Assembly: GCA_051362555.1 (NCBI GenBank)
Contig: CM120643.1
Coordinates: forward strand, 29,578,848-29,642,847
Source: Lingula anatina
Taxonomy: Eukaryota > Animalia > Brachiopoda
Length of the DNA stretch: 64,000 nt
Reading direction: 5' to 3'
Position numbers and translations under genes: made by a program
The notes under the pieces: generated by a model
Seen by the model: the letters and a program-made list of their open reading frames with translations, nothing else
Database searches by the model: none
What the model was told of the DNA's origin: nothing
Shown here: piece by piece, positions 38,277 through 52,800 of the stretch
Position numbering within the stretch: the first letter of the stretch is position 1
Layout: every line of letters starts with the position of its first letter

Positions 38277-38472
38277 GGATCAATCTATCTCCGAGGGGAT
38301 TTTCGCTAAATTGCAATCCACTAAAGCGGCTTAGATGTCTGGCACGCCTACTGAGGCTACTAGGGGATAATTAACTATCGTTAAACAGCTTTGATTAGTA
38401 GGCATCCCAGACATCTAAGCCACTTAAGCTGAAAGCAATTTAGCAAGAAACCCCTCGGAGATAGATCGATCC
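38277..38472. mobile_element. Palindromic MITE-like element (about 195 bp)
   Basis: ggatcaatctatctccgagggg..gctaaattgc..ggcttagatgtctgg..gcctact pairs with agtaggc..ccagacatctaagcc..gcaatttagc..cccctcggagatagatcgatcc. Confidence 0.7.
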
Positions 38473-38727
38473 TGTTAGATGAATCTAGGTATGGGAATCC
38501 AGTCCTAGTGATGACTGCCGTTTACATGGCGGCTATATTTTTAACAGGTCCACCCGGAATGTGACAGGGCATGATATAAGTGGGATGTGATGATATTGAA
38601 GGCACTGCCACAAGAAGGAGAAACATCTTCAGCAAAAGTCCATTTAATTCAAATATATAGACATTAACTCATAGAATCTTACTACAGACACAAAGAAGTG
38701 CAGACTTTCAGCTTTACAAATCGGCAC

Positions 38728-38758
<31 letters not shown>

Positions 38759-38937
38759 GAGAGTATTGCCAACACTTATAATAAAGCTTATTGTAAAGGG
38801 CAGGACATCCCTGTTCCAGTCAATTCTCTCCTCAGGAAAATAAATAACGAGATTCTAAGCAGACAACAGGACTTTAATATTTTGAGATGCCAAATCCCTC
38901 CTAACTTATCGAGAACAATCCTTAGGAACTATATTCC

Positions 38938-39000
38938 TGGGCGGAAGAAATGGCGCCTTGAGGTAATGTGTGGTACGGTGACCTTCTCAGCCAATCAGAT
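38938..39000 (+). promoter_or_regulatory. Putative proximal promoter motifs of gene C
   Basis: GGGCGGAAG (GC/ETS-like), AAATGGCG (YY1-like) and AGCCAATCAG (CCAAT box) within about 60 bp, 240-300 bp upstream of ATG 39241. Confidence 0.4.
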
Positions 39001-39240
39001 TTGAGGATGCAAAAGGTATCATCTGTCATCACACGGTAAACATTCCACTTAATCACAAATTTCCACAGATCTAAATCCGGTTACGTTGTTGCAGTCAAGG
39101 ACATATAGATCAAGTCATTTTACTTTATTGTAACTGAAAGGCAGAGACATTCAAAATTCTTCGTAGACGAAAAATACAAATATTTTAATTATTCGGTGGT
39201 TTTAAAGGAAAACCGCGTAAGCGTCTGCTTCCTTGGAGTG

Positions 39241-41601
39241 ATGGGAAGAGCAGTTATTATACTATGCATCTGTACCCTTAATGCTGTGTTTGGTAAGCTT
39301 AATATTTGTTTCATTTATACACACATGCGCGGATAAAAAGTAAAATATCACGTGACAACAGTGAAAAATCTTAAAATGGTGTATTTCTAATTCCAAATAA
39401 TCAACGCATAGAAAATAATTTCCTCATTTTATAACCACTGCACAATGGGTATAATATCCGTAGAAATAATTAAAACAAATATTTTGTTGTTTATATTCTA
39501 TTCTCCTTTTATGTAAAGCAGTATAACCATCAGCATACTTGTAGAATTGTACATTTATGAGCTATGATAATAAATACCTTTGATCTGTACATTTTATTTT
39601 TAAATTCAATCATCAGCCGGGCACTGCCCACCGCTGTCTCGTGGGGTAGGCTATGCCACGGACTGCTTGACCAGCAATGGACAGCCATTCTCCCAAGCTA
39701 TGCTGAAGGGGAAAGCTTTCAAACCGGGCTCCGTGTGCCAATTCCGATGTCTCAACGGTGACATGTTTGAGCGCACTTGTCTACCTGATCTTAGCTGGGA
39801 TGGTCTTGACCCGTGTACAGGTAAATCTCACCTGTGTTTACATACTCACCTGTGTTGGCACAATATCAGCGCTCTTGTCTTTACTTTTCCTATCATTATC
39901 GCTTCATTCGGTTTCGATGATGTCCTCATTTTTATTTTCTACTCAACACATGAAAACCTAATCACTTGCATATCACTGCACATTATAATATTTGTATTGG
40001 TTTGTTTATCTTCTTCTTCTGTTGTAATAAGAGAACGTATATGCTTTTAGAGAACCTTGCCTTAAATATCAGGGCTGGAGGGCACCCAGTCTACCCCCCC
40101 CCCCCCTCGTCCTTCATGAGATTTGGGATTCAGAAATTAGAAATTATTTCTGAATTGGTTCCCGTATATTGCGGCTGTAAATTCAGGGGCGTATTTAGGT
40201 CGTCTTCTGGGTCTTCCGGAAGACGGTCAGATTTTCAAGTTTACATTGACGGGTATCTTATTTTTTCGGTCGGAAGACGGTCAAAAATGAACAATGGATC
40301 AACAAAGATAATTTGGTAAGATACTGTCAGAAAATATCTCTGAATCCGCCCCTGAAATTGATTGCAACATTATCTTTTTGAAAAAATGTCGTAGGCTCTC
40401 CCACTGTTTTATTCTTAAGTTCGCGATAATAATCTGTCATCTATTTTACCTGTTGAATAGCGTTCGCGGTAGGCCTATGGCGAAAATACTATCATGTTCT
40501 ATATTATCGGAAGCGGAACAAAAACGAGACGTGGTTAAAACTAAAAACTAAAAAAAATCTCGAAGGATAAAAAAAACTTTTGCTACTAAAATCATTTTCA
40601 AAAAAAAAATTTAAAAGATTACATGTCCGTCTTCTTGGGTGATATAGGTGCTTTTCTTTTGTTTCCAAAGAATGGATCAGTTTTAATGAAATAACCAAAC
40701 CAACAGTTCTTAGAAATATTGTTTTGTTGATCTCAGTAGTTTCTACTTACTCATCACTTGCAAAATAAATGAATAAGAAAAGGGCGAATGTCCAATATAT
40801 AATTAAGGCATTCCACATTAAGGCATAAGACACAAGTACCTGTACAGATACTGATACATGTAGGCCTATGTAAAGTGCAAAATGTTTAGGAAAAGGTAAA
40901 GAGAAAAAGATTAATATTTTCTTATGTCATAGGCCCGTTTTTACCCAAAATTTTCCGGAAATCCCGTTAACCGACAATACAGGTACAAGGTACTTTCGTA
41001 TTCTTTGTTTCCTTCATTTTTTATAGCCCTGGGAATAAAATACGATCTACTGAGTCAGAAGCAACACGATCTCCTCGCCATCTATCGGCTGCGCCGCAAA
41101 CGAGACTTAAAGGACTTCCTTGGCCAGGCAAGCAGCGTGGTTAACAAGACCCAGAGCGGTTTAAGCGACTTCAGTAGCGCCTTGGACAAAGCGCAGAGTC
41201 AGGCAGAGAAGTTGGGCAATGGTATGTGCACAGTTTAGATACTATATCGCTACTTAAAGTGCGTCAGTATACGGGGTAATATTAACCATTATATCATTAC
41301 AGGCAGGGTACTGGCACGCTGAGTGATCAGAGGTTCGTGGACACTCACCATCACTAACTGTTTCCATAAAATTACCCACTGTTGTCAGACAACTTCAAAC
41401 ACTCGTGATCCTTAAAATCGTTTGTGTAAATTAAATTGCAATTAATTGATAAAATTAATCGCTGCTTCTTAATTGATATTAACTGGGAATCTGACACGAG
41501 TTCATTAATTAATGAAGCAATTAGTTCACGATTTTTTAATGTAGTAGGCCCGTTTCAAGATGACACAGGAATTTATTTGTGATGTCTGTGTGTGTAATGT
41601 T

Positions 41602-41692
<91 letters not shown>

Positions 41693-43721
41693 TGATGAAT
41701 TAATTTAAGTTTTTCATTTTTTATATTATGAGCAGTGGTTGGAAAGATTAGCCCAAGTCTAGGTAACAGTATCAGTCAAGGAGCCGGCAATGTCATCAAT
41801 AAAGTACAAGAAGGTAAGATTTAGAAATAATATGATCAAAGTTTTCAGCTGTCTATTATTAACTTTAAAGAATGTTTATTATGACATGCCCTGAAAGACA
41901 CGTAAATTAACTAGTTGATGGATTAATAAATTAATAAATGAACATATAGATAAAAAAGGTGATTTTTTTAAAAAGTAAATAAGGAATGGGACTACAAGTA
42001 AATAGGTTTGATTATACATTTGAATATATAAACAAAAAGGACTTGGTTCAAATAAAAGGTTATGTACTGGACTCAGATCATTAAGTGAATGGAGTCTTGA
42101 AATGTATAAACCCTACACTGTGAGTACTTAAATTACCCCTTAGTAAAGGCATTCGCCTTATTTTTTTCACTAGTTGAATTTCAAACCATCCTATTGGTGT
42201 TAGCATTTAAAAATACTGCTGCTATTTTTCTCAAAAAGATTTTATCAGCTAAAACTTGGTCTTAACTTCTTAGAAAACCAGCTGACACTTGCATTGTTAG
42301 CTACACAGAACAATGCAAGCAGCTGAGACAGGGTATATTTATCTTGTGATAAAGGTAAGACATTGACAGGTGACACTGTGTTCTATGTTGTCAGGTGTAA
42401 ACCAGGTGAGTCAAGTGGTAGACCAGGTGGGAGGAGCTGTCAACAACATCAATCAGGCTGTGAATGGTATGGTAGTCTTGATTCTTTTCATTTTTATTAA
42501 CCATCTTTCTCTTTCTCTCCCCATCTCTCTCTCTCCTGTTTTGATTTTTCCTGTTTTTTCCCTCCCTTATTTTCTTCCTTGAAGTTCTCTGCCCCCTTTC
42601 TTTTGTTCATTCTTTCTTTCTTTTGTCTTTTCTTTTTCTAAGCATGAGGTGATGTATAAAGATGGCAATTTGAATTATTTTGGATTTTCAAGATATACAT
42701 GTATTCTTAATAACATAACTGATTAAGTTTGATTGATTGTGCCAAAACAAATAATTATTTCTTTATCATTACGGACTAACATTAAAAAAGGTTCATATTA
42801 ACCAGTTGGGTTTTTTTTACACATATTTATGCAAGTTTTATATACAGTGCCCATTTGCCTTTTTTTTTGTTAAATTAATAGATATCTGCCTGTCATTTTT
42901 TCCAGGAAATGGCAAAACAGGAAACCAAGCTGTTGATACTCTTGGTGCTGTTAACAGCATTGTGCAGTCTGTACCAGGTAGGTTGTTCTAGGGACACACT
43001 AGGGACACCAACTGTAAAAATTTTTAAATGTTAGTTAATAGTGAACAAAATTGGTTACTTTTTTGTTATTTGTTTGAAGATTGCATATGTAGGTTTTTAA
43101 CTTGCCTTTTTTTTTTGAAAGTCAGAAATATTTTGTGTAATATCTTGGACTGGATTGTATCGTTTTTTTCTAGCTGTACAAATCAGTTGATATGCAGACT
43201 GAACAATGCAGTCAAAGGTAGTCCAGATGATTCTAAAATAATTGTACTCACTTCACTTTTGAGTAATTTTCTTTGATTTTTGTGGGAATCATAATTTAGA
43301 CTAAATTTTATTGCTACCCAACTTAGCAATTGGACAAAGTAAGTTTGGCTCTGCGTTGGGTGGAGCAGCCCAGGGCGCTATGGCGGGGTTCCAAATTGGA
43401 GGACCATGGGGTGCGCTTATAGGGGGCGCTCTTGGACTGCTAGGAGGTCTGTTCGGGGGGAGCAGCAGACAGTCAGTGAAAGTAATCAAGGAGGAACGAG
43501 GTATGGTATGAATAAAAGCAACAATTTTGTGAAAAGATAAATTTATGGAACTTTATCAAATATCCATAACTTTGTACAATTTTTTTCAAAAAATATCTTA
43601 TTCCATATTATTAAGATACATGACCTGCATATGAAGTGAATTGGTTATCAACAAAGTGTACATTTATAGTTCAGCACTTCTTTGGCAAAACATTAATAAA
43701 ACATTTCAAGACTGAATACCA

Positions 43722-43808
<87 letters not shown>

Positions 43809-46800
43809 TTTATTTTTATTTTTACATGAACTATCCCGTTATAGACAAATGTCCAACAGTGAAAGAAACCTGTCAGAATATTTCCAATCTATTGAATTAC
43901 TTCATATCATGTATATAACATACACTTTATCAATATTTTGTATTTCAACTTTTATAAAACAATTTATTATATTAATATATATTATTTGATATTAAACTGT
44001 TTTATTAAAGACAAGGTTCCACCAGTGGTAGAATGTCCACCAGAGAATATTGTGGTTCTTGCTGACCGAGGGGAGACCACAGCTGTAGTGGACCAAACAA
44101 ATGCTCCAAACTGGATTGATCCACCTATAGCACAAGGTAAGGGAGAATACCTTTTTTTATTTTTAGTCAAATTGTAAAACAATTTTAGCCAACTTGAAAT
44201 GAAATTGAATTTTTTTCTGGCAGTATTTTATAGCCGTGTGTGTGAGTATGTGTGTGTGTGTGTGCGTGTGTGTGTGTGTGTGCATGTGTGTGTGTGGGTG
44301 CATTCTGTTAGTCCATATTTATGCATTATTCCTTATATTATGAGCCCAAATATGGCAGAACATTCTCTATTTTTATTATATTTTTTTAGAAAGCCAAGAA
44401 AAAGTTGGCTGTTGTAACACATAATCAAGTAATCCTCACTTGAGTTGAGCTAGATTTAAATACTGTCATGTACAGTACCATATATCTGTGTTGGATAAGT
44501 TTTGATATTTTACATATGAGCAGTAGAGTGTTACACATGATATGAAAGACAGTCTCCTCCATTACAGACAACCAAGTGAAAGACGGTATTCCTGCGACGT
44601 TAATTGGTATGAAACCCGGCTCTGCATTTCCCGCTGGCACCACACAGCAGGCGTACTTTGTGTCAGACCCGGCAGGGAACACTGACCAGTGTACCTTCTC
44701 TATAACTGTCATAGGTAGGATTTTAGGATGGACAGCTAACAGACCACTAGTTTTATTTAACTGTGTTAACAATTAAAGAGACACATCTACAGGGGTTTTA
44801 CACTCTAAAAATTATTGAAATAACTTGCAGTCCTACAGTATATTTTATAATAATGTATGTAATGTTATTATTTTAAAAAGATCAAGATTACTTGGGCAAC
44901 CTTATAGTTGGCATGCTAAAATGAATATAAATGTATAATGTAAAAAACACTGTATAATGACTGTGTTAAATGCTGTACAGTGTAACTGTGTTTCTGAAAC
45001 GACTTAATAGTTTGCATAATAATGAAGGCAATAGTGATAATGATACTAATAAAGGTAATAATGAATTCTATAATGATAATAATTATCATAGTATAATATT
45101 GCTATAATAATTTAAATTATACTGAGTTGTATAAATATAAACATTGTATTTAACAGTGCCCAGATGTGGTCCTCTTGGCCCCACCAACTATGGCACCTGG
45201 TGGTGTCCCAAAGGAGATATAGGTGGCGCCAGATGCAAGATAACCTGTCTGCCAGGATTTGAAGTACGCGGAGCTCAGGAACAGACTTGTGAAGGGAATG
45301 GTGATGACACAGGCACATGGACAGGAGGACCGACCGAATGTGTTGGTAATGTAGACTGTGTATTATTTTAATGATTATTAGTTAAACTTATGAGTGAGTA
45401 CTTGTAATGTCACATACCAATTTTTCATCATTTCTTGTGAAAGTAGGGTAAAACATGAATTGTTTCTAAAGAGATTAAATGATGAGTCTTTTACCCATGA
45501 GATATAACTTTTTGACCCTTTCTGAGAAAGCCTTGATTGTTTAATATAATGTATAAGATAACTGATTATGGCACACTTCAGAGGGGGGGGGCTGCGCACA
45601 GCCTTCTGTAATATTGTAATCTCTATTACAGCCCGACAGTGTGAGTCTCTCACAGAGCCTCCTAATGTGAATTTACAGTGTACATGGAACTACACCTACA
45701 ACTAATATTGTAATCTCTCTTACAGCGCGGCAGTGTCAGTCCCTTACAGAGCCTCCTAATGTAAAGTTACAGTGTACATGGAACTACACCTACAACTAAT
45801 ATTGTAATATCTATTACAGCGCGGCAGTGTCAGTCCCTTACAGAGCCTCCTAATGTAAAGTTACAGTGTACAGGGAACTTCACCTACAACTCTGCCTGTG
45901 CATATGGCTGTGAGAGGGGTTATGGGCCCACCACAGGGGCACTGACCATTAGAATTTGTACAGTAGATGCTCTCGGTCAGATGTTATGGACAGGGTCTGA
46001 AGGGACTTGTAAAGGTAGGATCAGGATTTTTGGTCTGTAAACATGTATTCTGAACTGTCCAGCAAGTGGATTTCAAAAAGGATATTTGATAAAGGATTAT
46101 TTTTTCTTTTCTTATTTTTTTTATTTGTGAGTTCTTGGACATTTATAGTGGTGTTCAAAGATTTTAGGTTTTTTACAAATCTCTACATGTTTAATTGTTG
46201 ACTAAAAAATGGCTTATTTTCAAAATTAACTTTATGATAAATCATTTAAATAATTTTTTTGATTACACTCAACTCTTCAAACATGCAGACAATTGATATT
46301 TGAAACAGATCTAATTCTATGATTTCTAGTTACTGAATCCTCTAAGTTATATTGTGAAGCTTTGTGTGTGTTTTTCCCCCAGACATTATTTGGGATGCTG
46401 CTGATCTACCACATCTGACTTGTTTACCTGTTGAAGAGTAACATAATGGTATAAGTCTCTTATTTCTAGACATTGAGCCTCCTAAGCTACAGTGTCCAGT
46501 GGGGGTCATCACCAAATATCCAGGCAAGGGAACAACAAAGGCCTACATAACATGGCCATCTATAAACGCCACAGATAACTCAGGGGAGGTGGTGTCGCCA
46601 GTCCTGATGACGGTGAATTTCCCACCAAATCGTAAATATGATGAGGGATATTATGACATCAGATATGCGGCCACTGACTCTCAGGGGAACAGGGCGTCAT
46701 GTGTTTTCTCTGTACGTGTGGCTGGTAAGTACCCATACCTCCAGAGAATAAAAATTTCCATGATGACCATTTGTTAATTAATTAATTAATTAAGTTTGTA

Positions 46801-49800
46801 TATATATTTATTTATTTGTGTATTTATTTATTTATATAATGATGTAATGACATGAGCTATATTCTGTTATTTTTTATAATTTCAAATTATTAATTTGTTA
46901 TCAATTTACTTAATATTTCACATTTTGTTTTTGAGCCTTTAATAATAATAACTTACCCTTTCTAATTAACATTTATTATGATTATAATTATTATTGTAAA
47001 TCAGTATTAGTGACATGTCCTTAACTTGACAACAGTGAAGTTTCTTAGGCTGAAATTATTGTTATTAGTGATACATAGAGAAAATAATGTATAGTAATGT
47101 AACTAGAGAATTCATAGCAACTCATCATAAATCAGATATTTAAAATCCTGATCTTATTTTTCCATAATATTTGCTTTTCAGTAATCTACTGCAGACGACT
47201 TACCAACCTTCCTCTGGGACGTATTGATTGTACAGGTCTGAACTATGGCTCCACCTGTAGTTTTAGCTGTGGTCTGGGCTACGCTTTAACAGGTAGCAAC
47301 AGGACTGAATGTGATATGAACCCTGATGCTGATGAAGTAGACATACAGAGAGGACTGTGGACACACAGCATGCCTTCATGCAACTGTAAGTCACTTATTG
47401 GAGTTAAATTTGAGAACTATTTAATGAATTTTTGCTGTTTTAAATCTTATGTTGAAACTAGTGTAAGTGTTTGAAAGGTATGCTTGAAAGTTTTAAAAGA
47501 ATTAAAGAAGATAAAAGGGCATTGTTGCTCACAAATTTCCCCTTCATGTGAGAGCTGCAGTTCTTATTTGGAACACCAGCATACAGACAATTGATTGTAA
47601 CAAATGAAGAAATGAAAGGGGTAATTGTCTTGAATAGATTAAAAAGTACAATTGTTTCTAAATATAATAAATGTATCTTGTACTGATGTGTCTTGACCTT
47701 ACATCAAAATACGTTTTAAAGTCTTAATTAATATGTGAATTAAGTCTCTTTTTTATCATCATGACACAGAATACAATCATGGAAAACACATTTATAAATG
47801 AATAAAGTAATAAATAAACATAAGAAAACTCTAATAAAGGAACATCACTGAGGAAAACCTCACCTATTCCAGCTCTCACCTGTCCTGCCATTCCATCTCC
47901 CCAACATGGCGCCACAGTGGATGACTGTTCCGCCAAACAGTTTGGTGAATTCTGCAGCTTCACTTGTGACCAGGGCTATGACCTGATGGGGACATCGTCC
48001 AGGAGATGTCTGGCTAGGATGGACGCCAGAGGGCGCTCACAGTCGTACTGGGATGGTGTGGACAGCACATGTGACGGTGGGTGATTGGCTCCATGGTAAC
48101 AGTCATGATACATGATGATATACCAGAGAATGGTTTCACAGATAATATTTAGTCTGGCTGAAAGATGAAATTTGCTGTTGAATTTAAGAATTTAGTTTTC
48201 AGGCCACTTTGACCAAAGATAAGTCAGTATGCATGTCTATTTAGATACAGTTGTGCATCTATTTTAAGAAGAAAATGTTATTGCTAAAATGGGCCAGACA
48301 GTCAATTGCTTTGTTGTAGAAGACGTTTAGGGACTGAAAATTAAGAACCATGTGGTGATCTTTGAATTGGAAATCAAATATGGCAGTAACTTTTATTGGG
48401 TAATAAAAAATCCCAGATAAATGTTTAATATTACAACAATTTTTAAATTTATCAAGTTCAACCATATTTTAGTCCGAACATGCAAGACCCTGTATCCCCC
48501 GACCCATGGTCAGAACACATCCCACTGCCCCCGCCGTCCACCCTACCAGACTCAGTGTGGGTTTAAGTGTGACCGCGGATTCAGAATGCTGGGGGAACCC
48601 ATTAACACCTGTCTTAACACTGGGAGGTGGAAGTTCTCAGAGCCAACTTGTAGAGGTACAGTATAATTATGATTATTTCAGTGTATAAGTACATACTTAT
48701 CCGTAATTACAATATAATGCTGGTCTTGGTCCTTGTATAAAGTAGAACAGATCATTGGACTTACTAGTCAGATAAATTCTGCTGCTTCTCTGTAACAATA
48801 TAAGTCCAAACCCCAAAATAGTGATATAATATAATATATAAATTCTGATGGTGTTCAGAATCCAAAATTCCTAATATGTTCAATAGACTTCACATCACAA
48901 CAACGTCTTAATAGCTAAAGATATAAAGTAAAGTACTAGCCATGTCTGGGTCATGCTATAGAATAAGATGAATTTCACATATTCATGCTGATGCCAATTA
49001 TTCAATACATGGATTTCTTAGAAAGTGTAGTTAGGTTTCACAATTTAAAAGAAAGTGTAGTATGGAGTGACAGTGACTCCTATAATTTCAGCCAAGCTGT
49101 GTGACTCCTCTCTGCTGCCTGCACCACAGAATGGCTACAAGAGTGGCTGTCCTCACACTAAGGAGACTGTGGGTACTGTATGTACCCTTCACTGTGACCA
49201 GGGCTATCAACCCACACTGCCACGTAGAGTGACCTGTGTGGACAGCGGTCAAGAAGTTGGACAGTGGAGCAACAGCTCCTTTGATTGTAGACGTAAGAAG
49301 TATTGGATTTTTGTGACATTTTGGTAACCTTTTACCAGCTAGTGTGTTCCATTTACCAGTAGTGAGGACTTAAAGGGATAATAACTCTTCATTTTGGCCA
49401 AAAAATGAATTTTCCTGGAGTAAACAACAATTTTCCCATATTTACCAATGGTTAATGAATCCATTTTTACATTCAAAGTTAGTCCCTGGTATTTTTCTCA
49501 AAAGTTTGTTTTTTTGTTAAAATCTCTTAAGAGATTATAACAGAGTATAACCATCAATGGGGGTCACGTGGTCTGAAGACAAGTTCAGATATCAGAATAA
49601 TAGCTATAACTGCTGTTTTTGTCGTAAAACAGAATATATAATATTTCTATGAGTTATTCACAATGTTTTTATTGTGAAATATAGACCTCATACAAAGCAT
49701 TATTATCCCTTTAACAATTTTTAACATTCTGAATCACTGTTATTATCTTTGTCAACAAAAAAAAAATTAAGCTGAAAGCCCCAGTTTTTGCAACATTTAG

Positions 49801-52800
49801 ACAAACTTTCTGATGCACACTAAAATCATCTGCAACTGTAGGACATTCCACACAAGTCTGCACCTGTGCCATATTTTATATGCACATGTAGGAGAAAGAA
49901 AGCCAAAATATGTACTAGTTACTCCATGTACATATTTATTATTTTGTGTGTACTTCTTGTCTTTCTATGAGAAAAAATGTCAATACTATCAATACTACTG
50001 TCAATACTATCCAACCACTGAGGGTTCTTCTGTTCAACTCCCTTGCATTCAGTGTGTGTGTTTTTAATTAGTCTAAGAGAAGATTCAGATCCACTATATA
50101 TTCATATGTGACACCTTACTTCCAGCAATTCAGTGCCCCGCCCCTACCATAGCTGGCAATGGCACAGTCCAGAGATGTTTATATCAGGGCTATCAGACGG
50201 ATGTGTCATCACCTCAGAGGTATGGCACCACGTGTACCTTCCAGTGTGCCAGAGGATACACAGGGATCGGGGCCATGGCACAGGCATGTCAAGCCACAGG
50301 GAAATGGGATTCCAGCCGGGCACAGTGTAAAGGTACAGGAATGACAACACAGATATTGATACAGTAACTGTTAATTTGGCAAGGTTGACTACTAATCTAT
50401 TGAGTCATTGTGGGTCAGATGGACAAGAGACTTTTGTCTTTATGCTAAAACCAAATATTGGTCTTAAGTTCTTTTCTGGAATCTGACTCACATTATTTAT
50501 ACAGGTCTTTTTAAAATCTTTTCAGTCCCCTGTAACACCTTTTAGCGCACCCCCAGCCAGTGGTGTAAATTCATGAGGTGACCCCAGCCTTTTTGAATTT
50601 TTAAGCTTTATGATCAGTGTAATGTTAATATTTCATTTTCATTTCCTGCCACCAGATGTCACCCCGCCCCAGTTAGAGTGTCCCACAGACCGCGTGTTGT
50701 TTGCAGAGGCTGGTAGGAGAGATGTGGTGCTGAACTGGGACTGGGAACCTATATGGGTAAATGCCTTTCCATTGCCCTTATATTTAATAGAATTGTAATT
50801 AAATAAACAGAAGTAAACATAATACAGCTCTCTCTCTCTCTCTCTCAATTGTCAATTAATTTTGGTAACTTTAATTAGGTTTGGCTTCAGAAGAGAATCA
50901 TAACATTATCTATTTAATCTTATCATTCCAGGCTAAAGATGGAGACAGTGGTATCCCTGCAGTGTTGGTAGAGATCAATTCACAGTCAATCTCTGGAGTA
51001 AAACCCCAGCTGTTGTCAGAGGGAGACCACGTCTTCACCTACCAGGTCACTGATGGTGCCGGACTGAGAGCCGCTTGCAGTTTTAAAATCCAGATTAAAG
51101 GTTGATATTTAATTTAGCTATAATGGATGTTTTATTATTATTATTTTTTTTTATGTACAGACACAGATGTGTCTGTACATATAGCCATCATCTGCGTCTG
51201 TCGTCGCTGTCGGCGCCTTTGGCGCCGTCGTCGCCATGCACTTTTACCGATAACACGATAAGTGGAAAACCATTTTACCTTTTGACTTGAAACTTGCAGA
51301 ACTGATGGATATTCATAATACGCAGGTCAAGTTCGAAAATCAGCATGATCGGGTCACTTTTAGGGAATTTATGCTGTTTTTTCACTTTTTTCAGCATATA
51401 TGCAGCACCGATAACACGATAAGTGGAAAACCATTTTACCTTTTGACTTGAAACTTACAGAACTGATGAATATTCATAATACGCAGGTCGAGAGCGAAAA
51501 TCAGCATGATTGGGTCACTTTTAGGGAATTTATGCTGTTTTTTCACTTTTTTCAGCATATATGCAGCACCGATAACACGATAAGTAGAAAACCATTTTAC
51601 CTTTTGACTTGAAACTTACAGAACTGATGAATATTCATAATACACAGGTCAAGTTTGAAAATCAGCATGATTGGGCCATTTTTAGGGAATTTATGCTGTT
51701 TTTTCACTATTTTCAATATAAATGCAACACTGATAACACAATATAAGAAAAACGGATTGGCCAATTGTAATTATACTCACAGGAGTGGTCAATCTTACTA
51801 AAATGCAGGATGAGTTCGAAAATCAGCATAATCGGGCCATTATTTTAGAAGTTATACTGTTTTTTCACATGTCTTCAGATTCAATTATTAGGCATGTTAA
51901 CAGTCTCATTATTTAACTAATATTAATAAGATGCCTAAAAGTGTTTGTTTGATATTTCCTGCATCTTAACAACATTGTTAGTTGATTATGTAAAAAACAT
52001 GGTAAACTTGTTATCATGTATTGTGTAATAAAGTGTCAAAAATGGAAATAAACTCATATCATTGCAGTTTGTCAGATTCAATCATCCACTATGTTCAGAA
52101 TCTCAGAATGGAGGAAATTGGACATTTAACACTGTTCTATTGATAGTTTTCCCATCTCATCAATTTTCTTAGTTGGTCATATAAAAATGGCAGTAAACTG
52201 TTTATTTTGTTTTATGTTAAAAAAGTGTTAAAAATGGAAAGAAACCCATTTCAGAACAGTGCTGTCTTGTTTACATTTTGGCATTTTCAAGGTGTGACTT
52301 TGAAGTTCCATGGGCCTGAAGACCTTTGCTAGTCACATTTTCTGAATATCTGTGATACAAATATTTTATAATTAAAAATTGATGGTCATTAAGCTGTTAA
52401 ACATTATGTAATATTGCATCAAAATTTGAAGAAACCCCTATTTTGGGCACTGCTTCCATGATGACCATTTAAGGAAAATCATGTCACTTACTGTTCTCAA
52501 ACTTACAGGAAAGAAACCTGGGACTAAAATACAGCTTCAGTAGGCAATGCAGTCTGTTTGGTATTTTTTTTTTTCTTTTTTCTTTTTTTTTGGCAGTTAA
52601 ACAGTTTTTTGTGAAAATTTAATTTTTCACATATTGGCATTTACAAGGTGTGACTTTAAAGTTCCATGATCCTGAAGACTTTTGCTTGTCACATTTTCTG
52701 AATGTCCATGTTACTTATATTTTATTAATAACATTTGATTGTCATCATGCTGTTCAACATTATGTAATGTTGCATCAAAATTTGAAGAAACCCCTATTTT

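Noticed and set aside
43327-43500. Glycine-zipper exon as bacterial contamination or a free-standing bacteriocin gene
   Set aside because: It is bounded by canonical AG/GT sites and is in phase with the flanking exons of gene C.
51247-51850. Hammerhead ribozymes in the 161 bp repeats (CTGATGA ... CGAAA)
   Set aside because: Stem II does not close (A opposite C), there is no valid NUH cleavage triplet after the putative stem III, and I see no stem I; HINE central repeats explain the sequence.
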